From a virus: 64,000 nucleotides of DNA. Positions 9,591-18,825 of the stretch are shown piece by piece. The notes under the pieces are model-generated. The model worked only from the letters and a program-made list of their open reading frames with translations. It was not told where the DNA came from and searched no databases. Position 1 is the stretch's first letter, and every line of letters begins with the position of its first letter. Location of the stretch: the IMG/VR virus record IMGVR_UViG_3300030380_006483; one strand, 5' to 3'. The translations under genes were made by a program, and so were the position numbers.

Positions 9591-10742
9591 ATGTCTCAAG
9601 TACCTATAATTTGGCCTGGAACTTCAACATTCTCTCAGAGCCAAACACCTTTTGGTTTTTATGATACAGATACTGATTTTTCAACAGATGCTGATAAAGT
9701 AGCAAGCTTTTGTGCATCTCGTTTAGGATACCCTACAGTAGATGTTGAATTAGGTAGTGGTTCATTCTATGCTTGTTTTGAAGAAGCAGTTACTACATAT
9801 GGTAATGAACTTTACTTATATCAAATAAGGAATAATTTTATAAATTTAGAAGCATCTAGTACGGGATCTTCTCATAATCAAGATGTAATTAATCCTAATC
9901 TAGGAAATGTTATTAGATTAGCAGAAAATTACGGATCTGAAGCGGGATCAGGAGGTACAGTAACTTGGTATTCAGGATCGATTCCACTTACGGCATCTAT
10001 ACAAGAATATGATTTAAATGATTGGAAACAAACACAAGGCATTACAGGTTCAATTGAAATAAAACAGGTATTTTTCCAAAACACCCCAGCAATTGTAAGA
10101 TATTTTGATCCATATGCTGGTACGGGATATGGTTCTCAACAATTATTAGATGTATTTGGATTTGGAAATTATTCTCCTGCAATTAATTTTTTATTAATGC
10201 CTATTTACTATGATGTTTCTGTAATTCAAGCAATTGAATTAAATGATCAAATTAGAAAATCCGCATTTACATTTGAACTTGTAAATAATAATTTAAGAGT
10301 ATTTCCTATACCAAATGCTGAAGGACAATTATTTATTCAATACATTAAAGTAGATGAAAGAAATGCACCTACTACTGCTGCATATTCGGGAAGTAATTTA
10401 GTAACAGATATATCAAATGTCCCATATGAAAATCCTACTTATGCTTATGTTAATGCACCTGGTAGATATTGGATTTTTGAATATACATTAGCTTTAGCTA
10501 AAGAATTACTAGGATATGTAAGAGGAAAATATCAACAGGTACCTATACCTGGTGCTGAAGTTTCATTAAATCAAGCAGATTTAATATCAGCTGCTAGTGC
10601 TGAAAAAGCTGCTTTAATTGAAAAATTAAGAACGGACCTAGATGAAAACTCTAGAAAAATGCAACTACAAAGAAAAGCGGAAGAAGCCGAAGCAATGAAA
10701 GGTACATTGGATCAAGTACCATTACCTATTTACATAGCATAA
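9591..10742 (+). CDS. Neck/head-completion protein (gp13-like)
   Basis: First gene after MCP; RLGYPTVDVEL and ALAKELLGYVRGKY...IPGAEVSLN resemble gp13-like neck proteins. Confidence 0.7.
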   Translation: MSQVPIIWPGTSTFSQSQTPFGFYDTDTDFSTDADKVASFCASRLGYPTVDVELGSGSFYACFEEAVTTYGNELYLYQIRNNFINLEASSTGSSHNQDVINPNLGNVIRLAENYGSEAGSGGTVTWYSGSIPLTASIQEYDLNDWKQTQGITGSIEIKQVFFQNTPAIVRYFDPYAGTGYGSQQLLDVFGFGNYSPAINFLLMPIYYDVSVIQAIELNDQIRKSAFTFELVNNNLRVFPIPNAEGQLFIQYIKVDERNAPTTAAYSGSNLVTDISNVPYENPTYAYVNAPGRYWIFEYTLALAKELLGYVRGKYQQVPIPGAEVSLNQADLISAASAEKAALIEKLRTDLDENSRKMQLQRKAEEAEAMKGTLDQVPLPIYIA

Positions 10743-10743
10743 T

Positions 10744-11235
10744 ATGGCATTATACGGAAGAAATAAAGATGTATTACTATTTCAAGGGCTTAATACAGAG
10801 CTCTTACATAGAATTATAGAACAACAAGTTGGTTATTATAAACCTAAATTAGATAATACACCTTCCAACATTTATGGTGAAGCACAAAATAAAACTTGGA
10901 TTGGTCCTGTTTTATTAAAATGTTTATTAGATAGAGGAGAACAAACAGTAGCAAATGATGATTTTGGTGTTGATAGGAACAGAGTACTATCAGCTAGATT
11001 TTTAAGAAAAGATTTACTTGATTCTAATGTAGTTCCCGAAATAGGAGATGTAATATTATGGAATGAAGATTATTATGAAGTTGATAATTTAGTTGAAAAT
11101 CAATTATTTGTAGGTAAAGATCCATCATATCCTTATAGTGATACAGTAGATGATTTTGGAACTAGTTTATCAATAATAGTAGAATGTCACTATACAAGAC
11201 CAGAAAGAATAGGACTTAAAGAACAAAGATTATAA
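10744..11235 (+). CDS. Neck/head-closure protein (gp14-like)
   Basis: Synteny; IYGEA, PEIGDVILW and YEVDN motifs. Confidence 0.65.
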   Translation: MALYGRNKDVLLFQGLNTELLHRIIEQQVGYYKPKLDNTPSNIYGEAQNKTWIGPVLLKCLLDRGEQTVANDDFGVDRNRVLSARFLRKDLLDSNVVPEIGDVILWNEDYYEVDNLVENQLFVGKDPSYPYSDTVDDFGTSLSIIVECHYTRPERIGLKEQRL

Positions 11236-12113
11236 TGGATTTTAAACCTAGACCATATACTAAAAGAGAATTTTTATCTAAATTTAACAAACCTTATGTT
11301 AATCCAGATACTAATGAAATTGTTGCTCCCTTAACTGAAACAGTAGCATCTGCTGAAGTGAATCCAGGACAACCCGAAATTAATAGGGCATTAGAGGTAT
11401 CATTAAAAGATGATACTAAACATAAAACTATGTCTATTGGTTTAAAAGATATAGATAGTTCAATTTTGTATTATTTAGAAAATGTAATTAAACCTACAGT
11501 AACCCAAAATGATAGAAGAATTTCTGTACCAATAATTTATGGTTCTCCTGAAAGATGGAAGTCTATGCAAGGAGATGGTTTTTATAGAGATAAAAATGGT
11601 AAAACAATGGTACCTCTTGTAATGTTTAAAAGAGATAGTTTTACTAAAAATAATACTATAGGAAATAAATTAGATGGTAATAAAGTAAATAATGTACAAT
11701 ACTTTGAAACAGGATATTCAAGAAGAAATGTGTATGATAATTTTAATGTTTTAAGAGGACAAAAACCACAAAAAGAATATATAGTAGGAATAATACCAGA
11801 TTATATAGATATAACTTATAGTTTATCTATTTTTACAGATTATGTAGATCAGGCTAATGAAATCACAGAAGCAATAGAATTTGCTGCTAGATCATATTGG
11901 GGGGATCCTGAAAGATTTATGTTTAGAGCAAATATAGATAATTTTGATACCCCTGTTTTATTAGAAAATGGAGTTGATAGGGCAAATAGAATTAATATGA
12001 ATGTTTTAGTTTATGGGTATCTAATACCATCTGGTATAAATGCCGCTATGGCTGGACCTAGTCCAAAATCATATAACGTTACTAAAACTGTATTTAAAGA
12101 AACAATAGCATAA
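11235..12113 (+). CDS. Tail terminator/completion protein (gp15-like)
   Basis: ISVPIIYGSPERW and IPDYIDITYSLSIFTDYVDQANEITEAI; expected position after neck genes. Confidence 0.7.
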   Translation: MDFKPRPYTKREFLSKFNKPYVNPDTNEIVAPLTETVASAEVNPGQPEINRALEVSLKDDTKHKTMSIGLKDIDSSILYYLENVIKPTVTQNDRRISVPIIYGSPERWKSMQGDGFYRDKNGKTMVPLVMFKRDSFTKNNTIGNKLDGNKVNNVQYFETGYSRRNVYDNFNVLRGQKPQKEYIVGIIPDYIDITYSLSIFTDYVDQANEITEAIEFAARSYWGDPERFMFRANIDNFDTPVLLENGVDRANRINMNVLVYGYLIPSGINAAMAGPSPKSYNVTKTVFKETIA

Positions 12114-12144
12114 TATATATTTATTATAGAAATAAAGAAATAAC

Positions 12145-14448
12145 ATGGCAGGAATAAGTACCCAAGGAATTGCTAGTGGAAGTATAATATTTCCAGAACA
12201 TATATTAAGATCAATTGATGCTTTAAATGGTGAAGCAGGACCATTTGATTTTAAACTATCGGGATCTGTAACAGTATCAGGAAGCACAAAAATATCTTCA
12301 GGTAGTGTTATTGAAAATAATAATGCACCTACTGCTTTAATGTATAATACTGCATCGGGTGATATATTTTTTAGTACAGGAAGTTTAGGTGGTGGTGGTG
12401 GATCAGGTACTAGTGGTACTTCAGGTACTTCAGGTACAAGTGGATCATCTGGTTCAAGTGGTACAAGCGGTACAAATGGTAGCTCAGGATCAAGTGGATC
12501 ATCTGGTTCAAGTGGTACAAGCGGTACAAATGGTAGTTCAGGAACTTCAGGTGCAGATGGTAATTTATTTACAACTACATCTTCTACATCTACAGCTATA
12601 GGTACAGGGTCTAAAGGATTTACAGTTGCCGCAGGATTAGCCTTTATAGTAGGACAATCCCTTGTTATAGTAGATGCCTTAAATGCTGCCAATTTTATGA
12701 ATGGTAAAATTACTGCTTATAATAGTGGTACAGGAGCATTAACAGTAAATGTAACATCAGTTACAGGTAGTGGTACTAAATCATCATGGAATATAAGTTT
12801 AGAAGCAGCCCCTGGTACAAATGGTACTAGTGGATCTTCAGGTAGTTCTGGATCAAGTGGATCATCTGGTTCAAGTGGTACAAGTGGGTCTAATGGTACA
12901 GACGGTAGCTCAGGATCAAGTGGTTCAAGTGGTAGTTCAGGAACTTCCGGTGCGGATGGTGATGAATTTACAACAACTTCCTCAACTTCATTAGCAATTG
13001 GAACTGGTGCTAAAACATTAACAGTTGAAGCAGGTTTAGCATATGTAGTAGGTCAATCAGTAGCTATTATTTATGCTTCTGATGCAGATGATAAAATGAT
13101 TGGTAAAATTACTGGTTATAATTCAGGTAATGGAGCCTTATCCGTAACTGTATTATCATCAGCAGGTAGTGGAACCTATTCAAGTTGGAATGTAACTTTA
13201 GAATCAGTCCCGGGTACATCAGGTACTAGTGGTTCTAGTGGATCCTCTGGTACAAGTGGATCTTCAGGTTCCTCAGGTACTAGTGGCTCAAGTGGCTCAA
13301 GTGGAACTAGTGGTACAAATGGTACTTCAGGTTCTTCAGGATCAAGTGGATCATCAGGTACGAGTGGTACAAATGGAACTAGTGGTACAAATGGTACATC
13401 AGGTACAGGAGTAGGATTCCCATTTTCGGGAAGTGCACTACTATCAGGTAGTTTATTAATACATGGAACGGGAGCAGCTTTAAATGTACTTGGTGGAATA
13501 TCTGGATCTTCAATTTCAGGATCATTAACAGGATCATTATTAGGTACAGCTTCAATAGCTAATACAGCTACTACTGCATCTCATATAGTAACAGCTTCAT
13601 TTGCTAATACTACAACAAGTGCTTCTATAGCAACAACTGCGGGTACAGCTTCGGTAGCTGTAAGAGCAACTGCTTTAAGTGCACAAGCTACAGCTTCAAT
13701 AGCAGATAGAGCAACAACAGCATCATTTGCAAGTACGGGTGATGGAACATTTAGTGGATCATTTAGTGGTTCATTCCAAGGAGATGGATCGGACTTAGTA
13801 GGAGCAGGAATTAATACAACCTTTAATAATGAAGTAAGATATTTAGCATCTGATTTAGGAAGTAGTGGTGCGGATGGAAGTGTTGAATTATTATCATCAG
13901 CAACTATGTTTGGTGGATTAACCTGGACAAGAAGTAGTACTACTTTATCAATTAGTAGTTCTGCTCATGGACTATCTAATGGTGATTATGTAGTTATTCA
14001 AAATATGAACCAAAATTACTTATATGCTTCAGCTTCTGCAGTTGGGACAAATACATTCCAAATTACGGGAGTAGCAAATTCAGGAGGTACATCAGGGAAA
14101 AAAGGTGCCTATATACCTGCATTTAAAGTATCATCTTTTACACAAGCAGGTGCAACCATATCATCACCAAGTGCAGGTAATGTTCAATTAATTTCAGCAA
14201 AAGTTACCACGCCAACTAAAACAACAACAACATTTGATTTTACAATGCCGACCTCTAGAGAAAATGGAGCTGGTGCAAATGGATCTTTATATTCACAAAA
14301 CCCACCAATAATACAAGCTTGGGCTTTAAGTAATGGAAACCAAAACACCTCAGCAGTAATAACACTTAACACAAGTTCAAACTTTAATATATTCCAAGTA
14401 GGAGGATTAAGTGCTTTAATAAAATCAATGATTAAAGTAACATTCTAA
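12145..14448 (+). CDS. Virion fibre/structural protein with three collagen-like (G-[ST]-[SN])n blocks
   Basis: Gly every third residue at about 12388-12561, 12814-12960 and 13213-13410, separated by a duplicated ~85 aa domain (FTTTSSTS...IGTG...SSWN). N-terminus is paralogous to 18826. Confidence 0.75.
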   Translation: MAGISTQGIASGSIIFPEHILRSIDALNGEAGPFDFKLSGSVTVSGSTKISSGSVIENNNAPTALMYNTASGDIFFSTGSLGGGGGSGTSGTSGTSGTSGSSGSSGTSGTNGSSGSSGSSGSSGTSGTNGSSGTSGADGNLFTTTSSTSTAIGTGSKGFTVAAGLAFIVGQSLVIVDALNAANFMNGKITAYNSGTGALTVNVTSVTGSGTKSSWNISLEAAPGTNGTSGSSGSSGSSGSSGSSGTSGSNGTDGSSGSSGSSGSSGTSGADGDEFTTTSSTSLAIGTGAKTLTVEAGLAYVVGQSVAIIYASDADDKMIGKITGYNSGNGALSVTVLSSAGSGTYSSWNVTLESVPGTSGTSGSSGSSGTSGSSGSSGTSGSSGSSGTSGTNGTSGSSGSSGSSGTSGTNGTSGTNGTSGTGVGFPFSGSALLSGSLLIHGTGAALNVLGGISGSSISGSLTGSLLGTASIANTATTASHIVTASFANTTTSASIATTAGTASVAVRATALSAQATASIADRATTASFASTGDGTFSGSFSGSFQGDGSDLVGAGINTTFNNEVRYLASDLGSSGADGSVELLSSATMFGGLTWTRSSTTLSISSSAHGLSNGDYVVIQNMNQNYLYASASAVGTNTFQITGVANSGGTSGKKGAYIPAFKVSSFTQAGATISSPSAGNVQLISAKVTTPTKTTTTFDFTMPTSRENGAGANGSLYSQNPPIIQAWALSNGNQNTSAVITLNTSSNFNIFQVGGLSALIKSMIKVTF

Positions 14449-14457
14449 TAGCTTGTT

Positions 14458-16470
14458 ATGGCATATAGAGATCAAAGATTTATAGGTGTTATTAATGCCG
14501 ATAGTATTGTTGATAGTAACTTTATTATCGGAACTGGTAATTTTGCAGATGGATCCACCTTAATTGCTGATGTTAATATATCTTCAGGAGATGAAGATTT
14601 AATTAGACCTGGTCAAATTGTATTTTCAGTAGCAGGTGCATTGCCTGCAAATACAAAAGTATCATCTGTTAATGCCGATCGTACACAAATTACTTTAGAT
14701 AAAGCCGCTACATCTACCGCGGCGGGTGATACATTTGGTTTATCAACTCCTTCAGGATCTTACTTTTTTCAATCTGCTAGTTTTAATGATCCAAATAATA
14801 ATTTAACTGTAAATAATATTAGTGGTAGTGATTCGGGATCTAGTTTTGCTATAGTAGGTGTAGCAAAAAAGAGTAATGCTACCATAAAAAATAGATTCCA
14901 TCTTTATACAGTATCTGAAGTAGTTCAAAGAAACATAGGATCTGCTGAAATTTCATTTTTTGTAGAATGGGGAGAACAAGGTGAAGAATCGGGTTCAGGT
15001 GATGAATTACAAACTGCAGAAAAAGAAGTTGCAATTATAGATTTAACTGATACTGGTTCTATAGCTCCGGGATTCTCATTAGGGGTTGCTGGAATGGAAA
15101 GTTTAAAGGCCGGTTCCGAATATGCTGGTTATAATATAGCAATTAATCAATACTTATCTGACTTATCAAGTTCAGTAGCTTCATCATTAACTGGATCATT
15201 ATCAGGATCAGTTACCGGTTCTTTAATTGGAACTGCTACATCTGCATCAACAGCAGTATTAGCCCAAACTGCTTCAGTTGCTACTAGGGCAAATACTTTA
15301 GCTCCAACTGCAACAGCTTCACGAGCAGATAGTGCAACCACAGCATCATTCCCTGAACGAGGAGTAATAGGTGGTAGTGCTACTCAAAATATTATTACCC
15401 TTAATAGAGGAGATGGTACTACTATAACTTTAGAAACATCAGTTTCTGGTTCTGTAGAATCTGCCTCAATTGCAACTGTAGCTAGTACTGTTAGAAATGG
15501 AGGTAGTGGTTCATTTAGTGGTTCATTCCAAGGAGATGGTTCAAGTTTAACAGGATTAGTTACTGCCTCACATGCTTTAACCGCTGTATCTGCTTCATTT
15601 GCTACTTCAGCATCAGTAGAGATAATAAAAGAATTAAGTTCATCATTTGCTGATACAGCTTCTGTAGCACAAAGTGGTACAGGATCATTTAGTGGCTCAT
15701 TTACAGGTTCAGGTGACTTTGATGATGTTAGAGTTAAACAATACATTTATCATAAAGGTGATGAAAATACATTTATAAACTTTACTGATAATAGGATTAG
15801 ATTTAATGCTGGTGGTATTAACTTTATGAGTTTGGAAGATGATGGTAGTGCTCCTTTTCCTTTTGTAATTAATAATGGTGGTAATAGAATTAACTTTAGG
15901 GTCATGGATAGAAATTCAGACCTTCTTTTAAAAACTGATTCTGAAGCACTTAATGTTGGATTATATTATGCAGGTGGTAAAAAATTCGAAACAATATCAA
16001 AGGGTGTTAATGTAACAGGTAGTATCGATGTATCAGGTAGTATAGATGTAACAGGTAGTGTCTCCGCATCTGAAGATATAGTTGTTTCAGGAAATGTATT
16101 TGTAGATGGAACTTTAGATGCTGCAACTAAAAACTTTAGAATTGATCATCCAACCATGGAAGGTTATTATTTAATTCACTCATCATTAGAAGGACCAGAA
16201 AGAGGAATATATTATAGAGGTAAATTAAAAACAAATAATATTATATACTTACCGGATTATTGGAATGAATTAACAGATGAAACAGATATTACAGTTCAAC
16301 TTACACCTATAGGAAATGCCTGTCAACATTTTGTTAAATCTGTAACTAAAAAAGAAATTGAAGTAGGTTGTGATTGTGGAAAACCACATTGCTATTATAT
16401 AGTTCATGCTCAAAGATTTAATGAAGGTAGATTAGATATTTTAAAACCAAAAATTTCAAAAAGGTTGTAA
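14458..16470 (+). CDS. Fibre-like structural protein
   Basis: TASxA and SGSFSGSF repeats shared with neighbouring fibres; C-terminal KNFRIDHP...HSSLEGPE domain typical of phage fibre termini. Confidence 0.65.
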   Translation: MAYRDQRFIGVINADSIVDSNFIIGTGNFADGSTLIADVNISSGDEDLIRPGQIVFSVAGALPANTKVSSVNADRTQITLDKAATSTAAGDTFGLSTPSGSYFFQSASFNDPNNNLTVNNISGSDSGSSFAIVGVAKKSNATIKNRFHLYTVSEVVQRNIGSAEISFFVEWGEQGEESGSGDELQTAEKEVAIIDLTDTGSIAPGFSLGVAGMESLKAGSEYAGYNIAINQYLSDLSSSVASSLTGSLSGSVTGSLIGTATSASTAVLAQTASVATRANTLAPTATASRADSATTASFPERGVIGGSATQNIITLNRGDGTTITLETSVSGSVESASIATVASTVRNGGSGSFSGSFQGDGSSLTGLVTASHALTAVSASFATSASVEIIKELSSSFADTASVAQSGTGSFSGSFTGSGDFDDVRVKQYIYHKGDENTFINFTDNRIRFNAGGINFMSLEDDGSAPFPFVINNGGNRINFRVMDRNSDLLLKTDSEALNVGLYYAGGKKFETISKGVNVTGSIDVSGSIDVTGSVSASEDIVVSGNVFVDGTLDAATKNFRIDHPTMEGYYLIHSSLEGPERGIYYRGKLKTNNIIYLPDYWNELTDETDITVQLTPIGNACQHFVKSVTKKEIEVGCDCGKPHCYYIVHAQRFNEGRLDILKPKISKRL

Positions 16471-16495
16471 ATTTAAATAAAGGTTATTATATTAT
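16464..16495 (+). promoter_or_regulatory. Putative Bacteroidota-type promoter for the glycosyltransferase
   Basis: GTTG-N20-TATATTAT, same spacing as four other sites in the window. Confidence 0.45.
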
Positions 16496-16501
16496 ACGGT
16501 T

Positions 16502-18787
16502 ATGAAAATTCAAGCCCACACAAGTTTTATTGGTACTACTGGGTATGCTAACCATGCTCAATCTTTTTTTACTGAATTAGATAAACTAACACCTATTAAG
16601 GTTAGAAATGCTACAGTAGGAAAATCATGGAACTGGCCTAATAATACCCCTCATGACAAAGAACCTTACATAACCCCTCAAATGAAAAAAATGCTTCATT
16701 TACAAACATTATTTGAAGCAGATAAAAGTAGAAATGATTATCCTATATACCATCATAAAGAAAATTTCCAATCTGATATAGATATAATTTTAGAGGAACA
16801 TGATCACCATTATTTTTATGATTCTTATAATGGTTATAAAATAGGATATAATGTTTGGGAATCAACTAAATATTCTAATCAATTTTTTAATCAGTTACTT
16901 ACCTTAGATGAATTATGGGTTCCTACTGAATGGCAAAAAGAAATATCCATCAAACAAGGATACCCAGAAAATAAAATATTTGTAATTCCAGAAGGAGTAG
17001 ATGGTAAAATATTTAAACCAAATCCAAAATTAAAAAAACCTAATAAATTTCAATTTATTATAGTAGGTAGGTGGGATTATAGAAAAGGTATAAAAGAAAG
17101 TATTGAAGGTTTTTTAAAAGCATTCCCCGATAATCAAGATGTTGAATTATTATTAAACGTAGAAAACCCATATCCTACAGATGGTATGAATTCAACAGAA
17201 GAACGTTTAAAACACTATAATTTAGAAGATAATAGAATAAAAATATTAAAATTTTTAAATAGAAAACAATATATTAAACTATTACAAAATGCTAATGTAT
17301 TAATTTCTTGTGCTAAAGCAGAAGGATGGAATTTACCTTTAATAGAATCATTAGCTTGTGGTACTCCTTCAATTTATACTAAATGTTCAGGGCAATTAGA
17401 ATTTACTAAAAGTAAAGGATTAGGAGTTGAAATATTAGGAGAAGAAAAAGCAGGAGAAAACATACCTGGTAATTTTTATACTCCTGATTTAAATGATTTA
17501 ATTAAAAAAATAAAAGATTCTTATAATAACTATAATATATGGAAAGAATGGCATTTAAATCGTTCTAAAGAAATAAGAGAAGAGTATTCATGGAAAAATC
17601 AAGCAATAAAAGCATATAATCGTTTACAACAAATAAAAATTACTCCTAAAATTAAAACACCTATATTAGATGTAAATTTTGTAGATGGTCCTTATGCTTG
17701 TTTAAGAAATTCTAATCAAGAATATTTAGTAGATTTTATAAATCAAGACACTAACCAAAGTGAATATTCAGTTAATTTAAAAAATGACCATTGGGGTAAA
17801 ACATTTCATAAATTTTTTATAAATTGGGATATACAAATAAAAGATAATTTTGGAGAAATAATTTATTCCCACAAATATAATGCATCTGGTAAAAGAGTCT
17901 ATATAGCTTTTGGTTCCAAAGCTTTAGGTGATACTTTAGCTTGGTTTCCTTATGCTTTAGAGTTTAAGAAAAAACACAATTGTCATGTAATTGTATCTAC
18001 CTTTTGGAATAAGTTTTTTAAAGAAAAATATCCTGAATTAGAATTTGTATCTCCCGGAGCTACTGTTCCTAATTTATATGCTATGTATGAAATAGGTTGG
18101 TATTATGATGATAATGATCAATTAGATAGGTTTAAACAACCATATGACCCTAAACAATTTACTTTACAACAAACAGCAACTAATATACTAGGATTAGAAT
18201 ATAAAGAAATTATACCTAAAATAAATTATGAAGTAAAGGATCGTCCTTTTAAAGAAAAATATATATGTATATCTCCACATGCTTCTGCAAGCGCTAAATA
18301 TTGGCACCATCCTACTGGGTGGCAAACTATTATTAATTATATTAATAATGTTTTAGGGTATAAAGTAGTAATGATTTCTAAAGAAAAATATAATGATAAT
18401 TGGGAAACTGATAAATTACCTTTACAAAAGAAATTTCAAAATATAATAGATGCTACAGGTGATCACCCTATAGAAGATATAATTAATATGTTACACCATT
18501 CAGAAATGTATATAGGTGTATCTAGTGGTTTAGCTTGGTTATCTTGGTCAATTAAAAATCCTGTAGTGTTAATATCTGGATTTAGTTCTGATTGGACTGA
18601 ATTTTCCTCAAATATTGAAAGAATTATTAATAAAAATGTATGCAATTCTTGTTTTAATAATTTTAAATTAGATGCAGGTGATTGGAATTGGTGTCCTGTC
18701 CACAAAGATACTCCAAGACAATTTGAATGCACTAAAAAAATATTACCTGAAACCGTAATAGAAGGTATTACTCGTAGACTTAGTTAA
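16502..18787 (+). CDS. Fusion of GT4-type glycosyltransferase and Aah/TibC-like autotransporter O-heptosyltransferase
   Basis: N-half has GRWDYRKG and AEGWNLPLIESLACGTP (GT-B/GT4). C-half has LGDTLAWFPY, YIGVSSGLAWLSW and the four-Cys motif CNSC...CPVH...RQFEC characteristic of TibC/Aah. Confidence 0.85.
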   Translation: MKIQAHTSFIGTTGYANHAQSFFTELDKLTPIKVRNATVGKSWNWPNNTPHDKEPYITPQMKKMLHLQTLFEADKSRNDYPIYHHKENFQSDIDIILEEHDHHYFYDSYNGYKIGYNVWESTKYSNQFFNQLLTLDELWVPTEWQKEISIKQGYPENKIFVIPEGVDGKIFKPNPKLKKPNKFQFIIVGRWDYRKGIKESIEGFLKAFPDNQDVELLLNVENPYPTDGMNSTEERLKHYNLEDNRIKILKFLNRKQYIKLLQNANVLISCAKAEGWNLPLIESLACGTPSIYTKCSGQLEFTKSKGLGVEILGEEKAGENIPGNFYTPDLNDLIKKIKDSYNNYNIWKEWHLNRSKEIREEYSWKNQAIKAYNRLQQIKITPKIKTPILDVNFVDGPYACLRNSNQEYLVDFINQDTNQSEYSVNLKNDHWGKTFHKFFINWDIQIKDNFGEIIYSHKYNASGKRVYIAFGSKALGDTLAWFPYALEFKKKHNCHVIVSTFWNKFFKEKYPELEFVSPGATVPNLYAMYEIGWYYDDNDQLDRFKQPYDPKQFTLQQTATNILGLEYKEIIPKINYEVKDRPFKEKYICISPHASASAKYWHHPTGWQTIINYINNVLGYKVVMISKEKYNDNWETDKLPLQKKFQNIIDATGDHPIEDIINMLHHSEMYIGVSSGLAWLSWSIKNPVVLISGFSSDWTEFSSNIERIINKNVCNSCFNNFKLDAGDWNWCPVHKDTPRQFECTKKILPETVIEGITRRLS

Positions 18788-18825
18788 TATTTATTAGGGA
18801 ATAACCCTAAGTAAAAAAAATATTA

